Positions 29,991 through 39,717 of a stretch of 64,000 bases of DNA are shown in pieces (position 1 is the first letter of the stretch; every line of letters starts with the position of its first letter). The notes below the pieces were generated by a model, which was given only the letters and a program-made list of their open reading frames with translations, was not told where the DNA came from and did not search any database. The translations under genes and the position numbers were made by a program. Origin of the DNA: Candidatus Fervidifonticultor primus (lineage in GTDB: Bacteria > Sysuimicrobiota > Sysuimicrobiia > Sysuimicrobiales > Humicultoraceae). The stretch lies in NCBI GenBank assembly GCA_031459855.1, contig JAVKHP010000001.1, positions 2,157,384 through 2,221,383 of the forward strand. The letters are read 5' to 3'.

Positions 29991-31313
29991 GTGAGCGATC
30001 GCACGTCGTCCCTCGTCGCGCGGGCCGGGCTGCTGGACCCGGCCGCCCTCGAGGCTGCCAGCCGACAGGCCAACGATCCCGCCTGGATGCGGGAGCGCCG
30101 TGACGCTGCCTGGGCCGCCGCCATGCGCCTGCCCCACCCGGCCGAGGTCTGGCCCGAGGAGTGGCGGCGTACCGACACCAGCGGCCTGGACCTGGCTGCG
30201 GTCGGCCTGGCCACGGAACCGGGGGCCCTGCCACCCGAATCCGCAGCGGTCGGCGGCCCCGACGAGCGGGCCGGCCTGCTGGTTGCCGCCGACGGGCGTG
30301 CCGTGGTGGAGGTCGAGGCCGCGCTGCGTGACCGCGGCGTGATCTTCTCCGACCTGGCAGGCGCCGTCGCGGCCCATCCTGAGCTCGTCCGCGAGTACTT
30401 CCTGCGCACCGTACCCGAGGTCGACCGGCACCGCTTCCGGGCGCTCCACGCCGCGCTGTGGACCGGGGGCGTGTTCCTGTACGTGCCGCCAGGCGTGGAG
30501 GTGGCGCTGCCGCTGGTGGCCCACACCTGGCTGAGTGCTGCGGGTGCCGCGATCTTCCCCCACACGGTGGTGGTGGCGGCGCCGGGGAGCCGGGTCACGG
30601 TGGTCGAGCTGTTCGGATCCGCCGACGGCGCCGCCCGGCAGGTGGCCACCGCCGTGGCCGAGCTCGTCGTGCAGGACGGCGCCCAGGTGCGCTACGTCGC
30701 CGTCCGCGACTGGGCGGCGCCCATGTGGGAGGTCGGCAGCCTGGTGCGGGCCCGCGTGGGGCGCGATGCCGCCGTGCACAGCCTGGTGGTCGGGCTGGGC
30801 GGCGGGTTGCTGAAGGTCGACGTCGAAGCGTACCTCGACGGGCCCGGCGCGTCCGCGGAGATGCTGGGCCTGTACTTCGCCGCCGACGGTCAGCACATGG
30901 ACTTCCACACGCTCCAGGAGCACGCCGCGCCGCACACCACCAGCGACCTGTTGTACAAGGGGGCCGTGCGTGATACGGCCAAGACCGTCTTCGCCGGGCT
31001 GATCCGCGTCCAGTGGGGCGCCCAGAAGACCAACGCGTTCCAGTCCAACCGCAACCTGATCCTCTCGGCAGGCGCGCGGGCCGACTCGATCCCCAAGCTG
31101 GAGATCATGGCCAACGACTTGCGCTGTACCCACGGCTCGGCCACCAGCCGTCTGCACGAGGACCACATCTTCTACCTGATGAGCCGCGGCCTGACCCGGG
31201 CGCAGGCCGTGCGCATGATCGTCGAAGGGTTCTTCGCCGACGTCTTCGACCGGATCCCCGTCGAGCGGCTGCGCGCGTACCTGCAGGCGCGCATCGCCGA
31301 CAAGATGGCCTGA
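29991..31313 (+). CDS. sufD: Fe-S cluster assembly protein SufD
   Basis: C-terminal SufBD beta-helix (CTHGSATSRLHEDHIFYLMSRGL). GGAGGAG SD before the GTG at 29991. Confidence 0.9.
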   Translation: MSDRTSSLVARAGLLDPAALEAASRQANDPAWMRERRDAAWAAAMRLPHPAEVWPEEWRRTDTSGLDLAAVGLATEPGALPPESAAVGGPDERAGLLVAADGRAVVEVEAALRDRGVIFSDLAGAVAAHPELVREYFLRTVPEVDRHRFRALHAALWTGGVFLYVPPGVEVALPLVAHTWLSAAGAAIFPHTVVVAAPGSRVTVVELFGSADGAARQVATAVAELVVQDGAQVRYVAVRDWAAPMWEVGSLVRARVGRDAAVHSLVVGLGGGLLKVDVEAYLDGPGASAEMLGLYFAADGQHMDFHTLQEHAAPHTTSDLLYKGAVRDTAKTVFAGLIRVQWGAQKTNAFQSNRNLILSAGARADSIPKLEIMANDLRCTHGSATSRLHEDHIFYLMSRGLTRAQAVRMIVEGFFADVFDRIPVERLRAYLQARIADKMA

Positions 31314-31315
31314 CC

Positions 31316-31675
31316 ATGGACGAGGTCGCTGCCGACACCTTCGTGCGGGTCGCCACCCTGGCCGAGGTGCCGCCGGGTACGGCCAGAGCGGTGGACGTGG
31401 CCGGCCGGCGGATCGCCCTGGTGAACGTCGGGGGCACCGTGTACGCCATCGACGACACCTGTACCCACGAGCGCGTGTCGCTGGCCGGTGGGCAGGTCAC
31501 CGGCGAGATCATCGTCTGCCCCAAGCACGGCTCGCGGTTCCACGTCCCGACCGGCCGGGTGCTGTCCCTGCCCGCGGTCCGGCCGGTCAGCACCTACGCG
31601 GTGAAGGTGGAGGGCGACGCCATCTGGGTGTCGCCGCAGCCCCGGCCCGGCCAGGGGATGCCGCATCGGCGGTAG
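31316..31675 (+). CDS. Rieske [2Fe-2S] ferredoxin embedded in the suf operon
   Basis: CTHERVSL...CPKHGSRF (C-x-H / C-x-x-H). The ATG lies 2 nt after the sufD stop. Confidence 0.85.
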   Translation: MDEVAADTFVRVATLAEVPPGTARAVDVAGRRIALVNVGGTVYAIDDTCTHERVSLAGGQVTGEIIVCPKHGSRFHVPTGRVLSLPAVRPVSTYAVKVEGDAIWVSPQPRPGQGMPHRR

Positions 31676-31688
31676 GGGGAGGGCGGCC

Positions 31689-32930
31689 GTGGATCTGGGC
31701 GCGCGCGTGCGGGGCGACTTCCCCCTGCTGGCCCGGACGGTGCACGGCAAGCCCCTGGTCTACCTGGACAGCGCCGCCACGTCCCAGAAGCCGCGCGTCG
31801 TCCTGGACGCCCTGCAGGAGTACTACCGCCGCTACAACGCCAACGTGCACCGCGGCATCTACGCCATCGCCGAAGAAGCCACGGCGCGCTACGAGGCCGC
31901 GCGCGCGACCCTGGCCCGCCTCCTGCACGCCGCGCGGCCCGAGGAGATCGTCTTCACCCGCGGCACCACCGAGGCGATCAACCTGGTGGCCGGGAGCTGG
32001 GGCCGCGCCACCGTGCGCGCCGGCGACGAGATCGTCCTCACCGAGATGGAGCACCACAGCAACATCGTGCCGTGGCAGCTCCTGGCGGCCGAGAAGGGCG
32101 CCCGCCTGAAGTACGTGCCCGTCACCGAGGCGGGCCGCCTCGACATGGACGCGCTGGACCGCCTGCTCACCGAGCGCACGCGGTTGGTGGCGGTGGTGCA
32201 CCAGTCCAACGTCCTGGGCACCATCAACCCGATCCGGGAGATCGCCGACCGGGCGCATGCTGTTGGCGCCCTGGTGCTGGTGGACGCCGCCCAGAGCGTG
32301 CCCAATCAGGCCATCGACGTCCAGCAGCTGGGGGCCGACTTCCTGGCCTTCTCCGGCCACAAGATGCTGGGGCCCACCGGCAGCGGGGGTCTGTGGGCCC
32401 GCTACGACCTCCTGGAGGCGATGCCGCCCTACCACGGCGGCGGCGAGATGATCGTGCGCGTCGACTACGAACGCTCGACGTTCAAGGCCCCGCCCCACCG
32501 CTTCGAGGCGGGCACGCCCCACATCGCCGGCGCCATCGTGCTGGCCGTCGCCGCCGACTACCTGCAGGGGGTGGGGTTCGACGCGATCGCCGCCTGGGAG
32601 CACACCCTGGTGGCCTATGCGCTGGAGCGGCTGCAGGACGTGCCGGGCCTGCGGATCCTGGGCCCGACGACCCCTGAGCAGCGCGGGGGCGCCATCAGCT
32701 TCGTGATGGACGTCGCGCACCCCCATGACATCGCCCAGGTGCTGGACCAGGAGGGCATCGCCATCCGCGCCGGCCACCACTGCGCCCAGCTCCTGCACCG
32801 GCGCTTCGGCGTGGAGGCCAGCGCCCGGGCCAGCGTCCACATCTACAACACCCGCGAGGACATCGACGCGCTGGTGGCGGGCCTGCACACGGTGCGCCGC
32901 CTGTTCACGCGCGCCTCCCGTCCGGTGTAG
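31689..32930 (+). CDS. sufS: cysteine desulfurase SufS (class II)
   Basis: YLDSAATSQKP, SGHKMLGPTG (PLP Lys), RAGHHCA (active-site Cys). Confidence 0.93.
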   Translation: MDLGARVRGDFPLLARTVHGKPLVYLDSAATSQKPRVVLDALQEYYRRYNANVHRGIYAIAEEATARYEAARATLARLLHAARPEEIVFTRGTTEAINLVAGSWGRATVRAGDEIVLTEMEHHSNIVPWQLLAAEKGARLKYVPVTEAGRLDMDALDRLLTERTRLVAVVHQSNVLGTINPIREIADRAHAVGALVLVDAAQSVPNQAIDVQQLGADFLAFSGHKMLGPTGSGGLWARYDLLEAMPPYHGGGEMIVRVDYERSTFKAPPHRFEAGTPHIAGAIVLAVAADYLQGVGFDAIAAWEHTLVAYALERLQDVPGLRILGPTTPEQRGGAISFVMDVAHPHDIAQVLDQEGIAIRAGHHCAQLLHRRFGVEASARASVHIYNTREDIDALVAGLHTVRRLFTRASRPV

Positions 32931-32942
32931 GATCAGGGTACG

Positions 32943-33407
32943 ATGGCCCTCGACGACCTCTACCGTGAGGTCATCCTCGACCATTACGCCCACCCTCGCA
33001 ACCGGGGCCGCCTCGACCCGGCGGACCTCACCGTCGAGGGCGCGAACCCGTTGTGCGGCGACGAGCTGGTGCTTTCGGTGCGGCTGGAGGGTGACCGCGT
33101 GGCGGCCGCGCGGTTCGAGGGCCGCGGCTGCTCCATCAGCCAGGCGTCGGCCTCGATGCTCACCGAGGCGATCACCGGCAAGTCGGTGGAGGAGGTGCGG
33201 GGGCTCATCGGTGCGTTCAAGGCCATGATGCGCGGCGCCGACCCCGCCGACGCCCTGGGCGACCTGGCCGCGCTCCAGGGCGTGCGCAAGTTCCCGGTGC
33301 GCATCAAGTGCGCGACGCTGGCGTGGGTGGCGCTCGAGCAGGGGCTGGACGAGCGCGCGGCGGGGCGCCCACCTGCGCGCGCCACCACCGAGACCGAGCC
33401 GGCCTGA
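32943..33407 (+). CDS. sufU: SufU / IscU-like sulfur acceptor
   Basis: NPLCGDEL, GRGCSISQAS, KCATLAW - the three Cys ligand contexts of SufU. Confidence 0.9.
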   Translation: MALDDLYREVILDHYAHPRNRGRLDPADLTVEGANPLCGDELVLSVRLEGDRVAAARFEGRGCSISQASASMLTEAITGKSVEEVRGLIGAFKAMMRGADPADALGDLAALQGVRKFPVRIKCATLAWVALEQGLDERAAGRPPARATTETEPA

Positions 33408-33600
33408 GTTCCCCGCGGACTGCGGCAGGCGGATCGCGCCGCCAGCCGGTGGCCACCCTGACTTCCCCGCGGGCGCCGGCAGGCACCCTTCGGGCCGCCG
33501 CCGAATCTCGAAGGCATCCTGCGAGCCCGGGGGGCTGGCTACGCACCGTCCGCTCGCATCCCATCTGACCACCGCGACGCTGACCCTCCTGGGAGCGTCG

Positions 33601-35553
33601 GTGCTGGTCTTTGGGCTGGTCCACCTTGCCCCGTTCGATCCGGCGCGGTACTTCGTGCAGTTCCGCCAGGGCTACCGGGAAGAGCAGATCCGACAGGTGC
33701 GACAGTGGTACGGGCTCGACGATCCCGTGCCCGTGCAGTACGTGCGGTGGCTGCGGCGCGTGGCCACCGGTGACTTCGGCCGCTCGGTGTCCAACGGGCG
33801 CGAACTCGGCCCTGAACTGTGGCGTCGTCTGCCCTGGACGCTGTTGCTCCTGGGCGCGGCATGGGGGCTCGCCGCCCCGGCGGCGATCGGGATCGCCATG
33901 GCGGGCGCCGGGGACGGCACGGGGGGCGCGGTGGTCCGCCCGGTGGCCACCGCGGCGCTGCTGGTGCCGGTGTTCCTGCTGGCCAGCGTGCTGGTGTACG
34001 TCTTCGCGGTCCGGCTCGCCTGGGTGCCGATCCTCCCGCCGTTCGAGCTGCGCCTGCTCGACCCCACCCTCTGGCGGGCTCTGCTACTGCCCGCGGTGAG
34101 CCTTGCCGTCCCGGTGACCGCGCTGGTGGGACGGCGGCTGGCGGTAGCGCTGCGCGGGGCGCTGGAGGCGCCCTACGTGGTGGCAGCGCGCGCCCGCGGC
34201 CTGCCAGCCGCCGCGGTACGCCGTGTGGCGCTGCGCGCGGCCATCGCAACGGTGCTCGCTCACCCCCTGCCCCTGGTGGTGGCGTCGCTGGGCGCGCTGC
34301 TGGTCGTGGAAGAGGTGGTGGGCTGGCCGGGTCTGGGCCGGGTCTTCATGCGTGCCGTCGCCCAGCGCGACATCACGGCCGTGCAGGCCGCGCTCTTCCT
34401 CCTGGTGGCCGTCGGACTGGCTGGCGAGGTCGCAGCGCGCCAGCTGGCGGTGCGGCTCGCAGGACACGATCTGGCCGCCGCCGGTGGCGCTGCGGGGACG
34501 TTGCGGGGCCCCACCGGGCGCGCGGTGCCAGATGTCGCCCGCCCTGCGCCGGTGCCCGCCCTGCACCGGACCGAGCGCGCGGCGGCGGCCGTGCTGGCCG
34601 CGCTGGTCGCTGGCGCGGTGGCGGCGCCGGTGCTCGCGCGCTTTCCACCGGACCTGGTGCTGCTGGAGGAGATACAGCTGCCGCCCTCGCTGCGCCACTG
34701 GATGGGCACCGACGCCTCGGGCCGCGACCTGTTCAGCCGGCTGCTGTATGCCGGCCGCGTGACCCTGGCGCTGGCGGCGGTGCCGGCGGTGGCCGCGGTG
34801 GCGGGTGCGGTGGTCCTCGCCGCCGTGGCGCGCTGGCGGGGGCCGACGTGGATCGCCGCGCTGGCGGGCGCCTCGCGCACGCTGGGCGCGTTTCCGCCCC
34901 TGGCGCTGGCGATGGCGGTTGCTGTCGTCGTCGGCCGCGTCCCCACAGCCCTGGGAGGCGTGATGGTGGCCTGGGGCCTGGCAGAGTGCGCGGAACGCGT
35001 CGCGGCGCTCACGGCGCGGGCGCGCGCGTGGCCGTTTGCCGACGCTGCGGTGGCGTTGGGCGCGACGCCCGGGCGCGTGCTGGAGCGGCACCTGGCGCCG
35101 CACCTCGCGCGGCCCCTGGCCGCAGAAGTGCTGGCCCTGGTGCCCGGCTTCGTGTTGCTGGAGGCCACCCTGGGGTTCTTCGGCTTCAGCCTGAGCCCCA
35201 CGATCCCGACGTGGGGCACGCTGCTGTGGCGCGGCCGCGAGGCGCTGCACCGCGGCGACTGGTGGTTGCTCGTCTTCCCGGTGGCGTTTGCGCTGGCGGC
35301 GGCCTGGGCGTGCCTGCGGCTCGCCGAGGCGCTGCGGGCACCCGAGGGGCCCACCTACGCGCGCATCGTCCGCCCTGGCCAGGGACCCGAGTGGGCACCG
35401 GCAGCGGCGCGTGCAGCGACCCCGCCGGCCGCGCGCGCCCCGGCCAGGCCTGGCGTGACGTCCATCGCTGCAGCCGACGACCCGGCAGTGGCCGCGCCGC
35501 TCTCCCGCCGCATCCCCGCGCCCCGGCGGTGGCGGCGCGGGAAGCCGTCCTAA
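33601..35553 (+). CDS. fused ABC transporter permease (OppB/DppB-like N-half + OppC/DppC-like C-half)
   Basis: The N-half reads VFGLVHLAPFDPARYF...YVVAARARGL (EAA loop). The C-half reads HWMGTDASGRDLFSRLLYAGRVTLA...ATLGFFGFSLSPTIPTWGTLL. The true N-terminus probably lies upstream of 33601 (see finding). Confidence 0.75.
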   Translation: MLVFGLVHLAPFDPARYFVQFRQGYREEQIRQVRQWYGLDDPVPVQYVRWLRRVATGDFGRSVSNGRELGPELWRRLPWTLLLLGAAWGLAAPAAIGIAMAGAGDGTGGAVVRPVATAALLVPVFLLASVLVYVFAVRLAWVPILPPFELRLLDPTLWRALLLPAVSLAVPVTALVGRRLAVALRGALEAPYVVAARARGLPAAAVRRVALRAAIATVLAHPLPLVVASLGALLVVEEVVGWPGLGRVFMRAVAQRDITAVQAALFLLVAVGLAGEVAARQLAVRLAGHDLAAAGGAAGTLRGPTGRAVPDVARPAPVPALHRTERAAAAVLAALVAGAVAAPVLARFPPDLVLLEEIQLPPSLRHWMGTDASGRDLFSRLLYAGRVTLALAAVPAVAAVAGAVVLAAVARWRGPTWIAALAGASRTLGAFPPLALAMAVAVVVGRVPTALGGVMVAWGLAECAERVAALTARARAWPFADAAVALGATPGRVLERHLAPHLARPLAAEVLALVPGFVLLEATLGFFGFSLSPTIPTWGTLLWRGREALHRGDWWLLVFPVAFALAAAWACLRLAEALRAPEGPTYARIVRPGQGPEWAPAAARAATPPAARAPARPGVTSIAAADDPAVAAPLSRRIPAPRRWRRGKPS

Positions 35554-36515
35554 CGGCGCTTGCGCGCCAGCGCCCGGCGGGCAGCGGCCACGATGTCGGC
35601 GGCCGTCAGCCCGTACTTCTCCATCAGGGCCCGCGGCGAGCCCGACTCCCCGAAGACGTCGCGGATACCCACCCGCTCCACGGGCACCGGCTCGTGGGCG
35701 CTGGTCACCTCCGCCACCGCGCCGCCCAACCCGCCGTAGACGGTGTGCTCTTCGGCCGTCACGATGGCGCCGGTCTCCCGGGCGGCCGCCAGGACCGCGG
35801 CCTCGTCCAGCGGCTTGAGCGTGGCCATGTTCAGCACGCGGGCCTCGATGCCCTCGGCGGCCAGCGTCTCGGCCGCGGCCAGGGCCTCGGCGACCATGAT
35901 GCCGCAGGCGATGAGGGTCACGTCGTCCCCCTGTCGGAGCTGCGCGGCGCGCCCGATGGTGAAGGTGTAGGTGTCGTCGAAGAGCACGGGCACCGGCGCG
36001 CGGCCCAGGCGCACGTAGGCCGGCCCGTGGTGCTCGACCAGCGCCGCGATGACCTGGTGCGTCTCCGTGGCGTCGGCGGGCACGATGACGGTCATGTTGG
36101 CCAGGGCCCGCATCATCGCCAGCTCCTCGATGGCCTGGGCGCTCATGCCGTCCTCGCCCACGGTGAGCCCGCCGTGGGTGCTGACCAGCTTCACGTTGAG
36201 GCCGGGCTGCGCCACCAGCACCCGGATCTGGTCGTAGGCCCGGCCCGGCACGAAGACGGCGAAGGAGCTCACGAAGGGAATCTTCCCGCACGTGGCGAGC
36301 CCCGCGGCCACGCCCACCATGTTCTGCTCGGCGATGCCGCATTCGACGAACCGGTCGGGGAACGCGGCCGCGAACGCCTCGAGTCGGGTCGAGTCGCGCA
36401 GGTCGCCGGTCAGCGCCACCACCCGCGCGTCGCGCCGGCCGACGGCGACCAGCGCCTCGCCGTACGCGTCCCGCGTCGCCTTCCCGCCGGCGGTCTGCAC
36501 TACGGGCCCTGCCAT
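35550..36515 (-). CDS. transketolase, C-terminal (pyrimidine-binding) subunit
   Basis: FVECGIAEQNMVGVAAGLA. Split-transketolase arrangement with the upstream N-terminal subunit. Confidence 0.92.
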   Translation of the reverse strand: MAGPVVQTAGGKATRDAYGEALVAVGRRDARVVALTGDLRDSTRLEAFAAAFPDRFVECGIAEQNMVGVAAGLATCGKIPFVSSFAVFVPGRAYDQIRVLVAQPGLNVKLVSTHGGLTVGEDGMSAQAIEELAMMRALANMTVIVPADATETHQVIAALVEHHGPAYVRLGRAPVPVLFDDTYTFTIGRAAQLRQGDDVTLIACGIMVAEALAAAETLAAEGIEARVLNMATLKPLDEAAVLAAARETGAIVTAEEHTVYGGLGGAVAEVTSAHEPVPVERVGIRDVFGESGSPRALMEKYGLTAADIVAAARRALARKRR

Positions 36516-36519
36516 CGCC

Positions 36520-37359
36520 TCACCTCCCCGTCGTGGCGCCGTCGAGCTCGGCCAGGGCCCGGCTGAGCTCGTCGCGCGTCAACGCCTTGCCGTGGAAGCC
36601 CACCACACCCTCCAGGAACGAGACGCCCTTGCCCTTGACCGTCCGCGCTACGATCACCTGCGGGCGGCCCCTCGTGGCCCGCGCCCGGTCCAGCGCGGCG
36701 ACGATGGCGCCCAGATCGTGCCCGTCGATCTCCTGGACGTCCCAGGTGCACGCGCGCCACTTGTCGGCCAGCGGGTCGAGGCGGATGCGGTCCTCGGTCG
36801 GGCCCGTCTGCTGGAGGCCATTGCGGTCGACGATGGCGGTGAGGTTGTCCAGCGCGTAGTGGGCCGCGAACATCGCGCCCTCCCAGACGGCGCCCTCCTG
36901 GCACTCGCCGTCGCCCAGCAGGGCGTAGACTCGGTAGGGGCGGCCGTCGCGCTTGCCGGCGAGCGCCATGCCGATGGCGGCGGAGAAGCCCATGCCCAGC
37001 GACCCCGTCGAGATCTCCACCCCCGGGGTCCGGGTCATGTCGGGATGGCCCTGCAGGATGCTGCCGACCTCGCGCAGCGTCCACAGGTGCTCGGCCGGGA
37101 AGTACCCGCAGGCGGCGAGCACCACGTAGAGCGCCGGGCACGCGTGGCCCTTGCTCAACACGAACCGATCCCGGTCGGGCCAGGCCGGATTGCGCGGGTC
37201 GTGGCGCATCGTGTGATAGTACAGCACGGTGATGAGATCGATCGCCGACAGCGAGCCCCCGGGGTGCCCGGAGCCCGCCCTGGTGATCATCTGCAAGATG
37301 GTCTTCCGAAACTCGCGCGCGCGGGCCTCCAGCGCGCGCAGGTCCACACCGTCGGTCAT
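36520..37359 (-). CDS. transketolase, N-terminal (TPP-binding) subunit
   Basis: GSGHPGGSLSAIDL, LSKGHACPALY, LLGDGECQEG. Start trimmed to MTDGVDL (ATG at 37359, GGGAGAG SD). Confidence 0.9.
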   Translation of the reverse strand: MTDGVDLRALEARAREFRKTILQMITRAGSGHPGGSLSAIDLITVLYYHTMRHDPRNPAWPDRDRFVLSKGHACPALYVVLAACGYFPAEHLWTLREVGSILQGHPDMTRTPGVEISTGSLGMGFSAAIGMALAGKRDGRPYRVYALLGDGECQEGAVWEGAMFAAHYALDNLTAIVDRNGLQQTGPTEDRIRLDPLADKWRACTWDVQEIDGHDLGAIVAALDRARATRGRPQVIVARTVKGKGVSFLEGVVGFHGKALTRDELSRALAELDGATTGR

Positions 37360-37539
37360 GGCTCGCTCTCCCGGCGCGCAACGGTCCTCGGGGTGGGCGT
37401 GTGCGTCCACCGACATCGCCGTACCCGACGAGGCTTCGCGCACGGTCATGCCCGCCCCTGCCGTGCAGACGCACCGCGCCGCCAGCACCGCATCGCGGAG
37501 TCCACGGTCCCACCCCGGCAGGGAGGCCGCATCCCGCGG

Positions 37540-37548
37540 TGGTATAGG
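37540..37548 (+). promoter_or_regulatory. candidate extended -10 (TGGTATAGG) upstream of qor
   Basis: TGGTATAGG at 37540-37548. Followed by a GCGCGCGC-n8-GCGCGCGC palindrome in the leader. Confidence 0.3.
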
Positions 37549-37641
37549 TGTGAGCGGTCACGGGGCCGTGCGGAGGGGCGATGCGCGCGCGGTACGCTGC
37601 GCGCGCACCAGCACGTGCCACCCTGTCATGCGAGGGAGGCC

Positions 37642-38625
37642 ATGAAGGCGATACGCGTGCACACCACCGGCGGGCCGGACGTCCTGCGCTACGAGGAGGT
37701 ACCCGATCCCCAGCCGGGCCCGGGCCAGGTGCTGGTCCGCCTGGACGCCGCGGGCGTCAACTACCTCGACATCTACCTGCGCGCCGGCCTGTACCCGGCG
37801 CCGCTGCCGTTCATCCCCGGCAGCGAGGGGGCCGGTGTCGTGGTCGCCGTGGGGCCAGACGTCGCCTCTGTAACCCCCGGCGATCGTGTGGGGTTCCTCG
37901 CCGGGCCGTGCGCCTACGCCGAGTTGGCTGCAGTCCCGGCCGCGCGCGTGGTGCGCCTGCCCGAGGGCATCGACACGGCCACCGCCGCCGCCGTCCTGCT
38001 GCAGGGGATCACCGCCCACTACCTGGTGCACGCCACGTACCCGCTCCGCGCGGGAGAGTGGGCGCTCGTCCATGCTGCCGCCGGCGGCGTGGGCCTGCTG
38101 CTGGTGCAGATGGCGAAGCGAGCGGGCGCCACGGTGATCGGCACCGTCGGGACCCAGGCCAAGGCCGCGCTGGCGCGCGAGGCCGGTGCCGACCACGTGA
38201 TCGTCTACACCGAGGAGGACTTCGAGGAGGCCACCAGGCGCCTGACCGGTGGACGCGGCGTGGACGTGGTGTACGATTCGGTGGGGAAGACGACCTTCGA
38301 GAAGGGGCTGAACGTCCTGCGGCCGCGCGGCTACATGGTGCTGTTCGGCCAGGCCAGCGGGCCCGTGCCGCCCGTCGACCCGCAGGTCCTCAACGCCAAG
38401 GGCTCGCTGTTCCTGACGCGGCCGACGCTGGCCCACTACACGGCCACCCGCCAGGAGCTCGACGAGCGCGCCACCGCCGTCTTCGAGATGATCCAGCGCG
38501 GTGAGTTACGGGTGCGCATCGAGCGCCGCGTCCCGCTGGCCGCGGCTGCCGAGGCGCACCGCGCGCTGGAGAGCCGACAGACCGCAGGCAAGCTGCTGCT
38601 GGTGCCCGACGGCGGGGCGCGGTAG
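37642..38625 (+). CDS. qor: NADPH:quinone oxidoreductase (zeta-crystallin-like MDR)
   Basis: MKAIRVHTTGGPDVLRYEEVP...PFIPGSEGAGVV...AAGGVGLLLVQ. GGGAGG SD upstream. Confidence 0.9.
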   Translation: MKAIRVHTTGGPDVLRYEEVPDPQPGPGQVLVRLDAAGVNYLDIYLRAGLYPAPLPFIPGSEGAGVVVAVGPDVASVTPGDRVGFLAGPCAYAELAAVPAARVVRLPEGIDTATAAAVLLQGITAHYLVHATYPLRAGEWALVHAAAGGVGLLLVQMAKRAGATVIGTVGTQAKAALAREAGADHVIVYTEEDFEEATRRLTGGRGVDVVYDSVGKTTFEKGLNVLRPRGYMVLFGQASGPVPPVDPQVLNAKGSLFLTRPTLAHYTATRQELDERATAVFEMIQRGELRVRIERRVPLAAAAEAHRALESRQTAGKLLLVPDGGAR

Positions 38626-38756
38626 CCTCAAGGGCGTTGGCGTGGCGACAGGGACGGTCCGGCGGTCGCGCGGCGGCATGTCGACGTGGCAGGGATGTCG
38701 TCGCGTGAACGTGGGGGATGCGTGCGGCGCGTGCAGCGCACGCCAGCGCAGGGTCT

Positions 38757-38785
38757 TTGACGTCCCGTGGAGGCAATGGTACGAT
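38757..38785 (+). promoter_or_regulatory. candidate sigmaA promoter (TTGACG-17-TACGAT, TGG extended -10) for the Rieske-nuoBDIC cluster
   Basis: TTGACG at 38757-38762 and TGGTACGAT at 38777-38785, about 38 nt upstream of the ATG at 38823. Confidence 0.5.
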
Positions 38786-38822
38786 AGTCGCGAAACGTGC
38801 ACCAACGCGCACCGGGGTGGGG

Positions 38823-39131
38823 ATGCCGCGCCTGCGAGTCGCTGCGACAGCGGCCGTGCCGGAGGGTCACGCGACGATCGTGGACGCAGCCGGGACGCGC
38901 GTGGCGCTTTTCCATCGGCCCGACGGGTGGTTTGCCGTCGAGAACGCGTGTACCCACCGCGGGGAGCCACTGGGGGAGGGCGACGTCGAGGGGCACGTGG
39001 TCACCTGTCCCTGGCACGGCGGGCAGTTCGATCTGCGCACCGGCGCGGTGGTCGCCCCGCCACCCGGGCGACCGGTACGAACGTTTCCCGTCGTGGTGGA
39101 GGGAGAGGACGTCTGGCTTGAGGTCCCGTAG
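38823..39131 (+). CDS. Rieske [2Fe-2S] ferredoxin (NirD/ferredoxin-like)
   Basis: CTHRGEPL...CPWHGGQF. 102 aa; a paralog-like counterpart of the suf-operon Rieske protein. Confidence 0.8.
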   Translation: MPRLRVAATAAVPEGHATIVDAAGTRVALFHRPDGWFAVENACTHRGEPLGEGDVEGHVVTCPWHGGQFDLRTGAVVAPPPGRPVRTFPVVVEGEDVWLEVP

Positions 39132-39140
39132 GAGGTGGGC

Positions 39141-39695
39141 ATGAGCACCCAGCCGGCGACCCCGCGACCCTCGCAGCTCGTCCCGCTGGACGTGGCGGTG
39201 GACGTGCTGGAGAGCCTGCCCGGTGGCCGCGTGATCCTCACCAAGGTGGAGTCCCTCCTCAACTGGGGGCGGGCCGCCAGCCTGTGGCCGCTGACGTTCG
39301 GCCTCGCGTGCTGCGCCATCGAGATGATGGCCGCCTTCGCGGGCCGGTTCGACCTCGACCGCATCGGCGTCATCCCCCGCGCCACGCCGCGCCAGGCCGA
39401 CCTGATGATCGTGGCCGGCCGCTGCACCATCAAGATGGCGCCCATCGTCCGGCGGCTGTGGGAGCAGATGCCGGAACCCAAGTACGTGATCTCCATGGGG
39501 TCGTGCGCCACCTGCGGCGGCCCGTTCTACTACGACAACTACTCGATCCTCAAGGGCATCGATCAGGTGGTGCCCGTCGACGTCTACGTGCCCGGCTGCC
39601 CGCCGCGGCCGGAGGCGCTGATCGAGGGCATCCTCAAGCTGCAGGAGAAGATCAAAGCCGAGCCGTTCCTGCGCCGCGCGGCGGCGCAGGCCTAA
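39141..39695 (+). CDS. nuoB: NADH-quinone oxidoreductase subunit B homolog (N2 [4Fe-4S] carrier)
   Basis: [35 protein letters not shown] before the ATG at 39141. Confidence 0.9.
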   Translation: MSTQPATPRPSQLVPLDVAVDVLESLPGGRVILTKVESLLNWGRAASLWPLTFGLACCAIEMMAAFAGRFDLDRIGVIPRATPRQADLMIVAGRCTIKMAPIVRRLWEQMPEPKYVISMGSCATCGGPFYYDNYSILKGIDQVVPVDVYVPGCPPRPEALIEGILKLQEKIKAEPFLRRAAAQA

Positions 39696-39717
39696 CGGCG
39701 CCGGACCGGGAGTCGCC

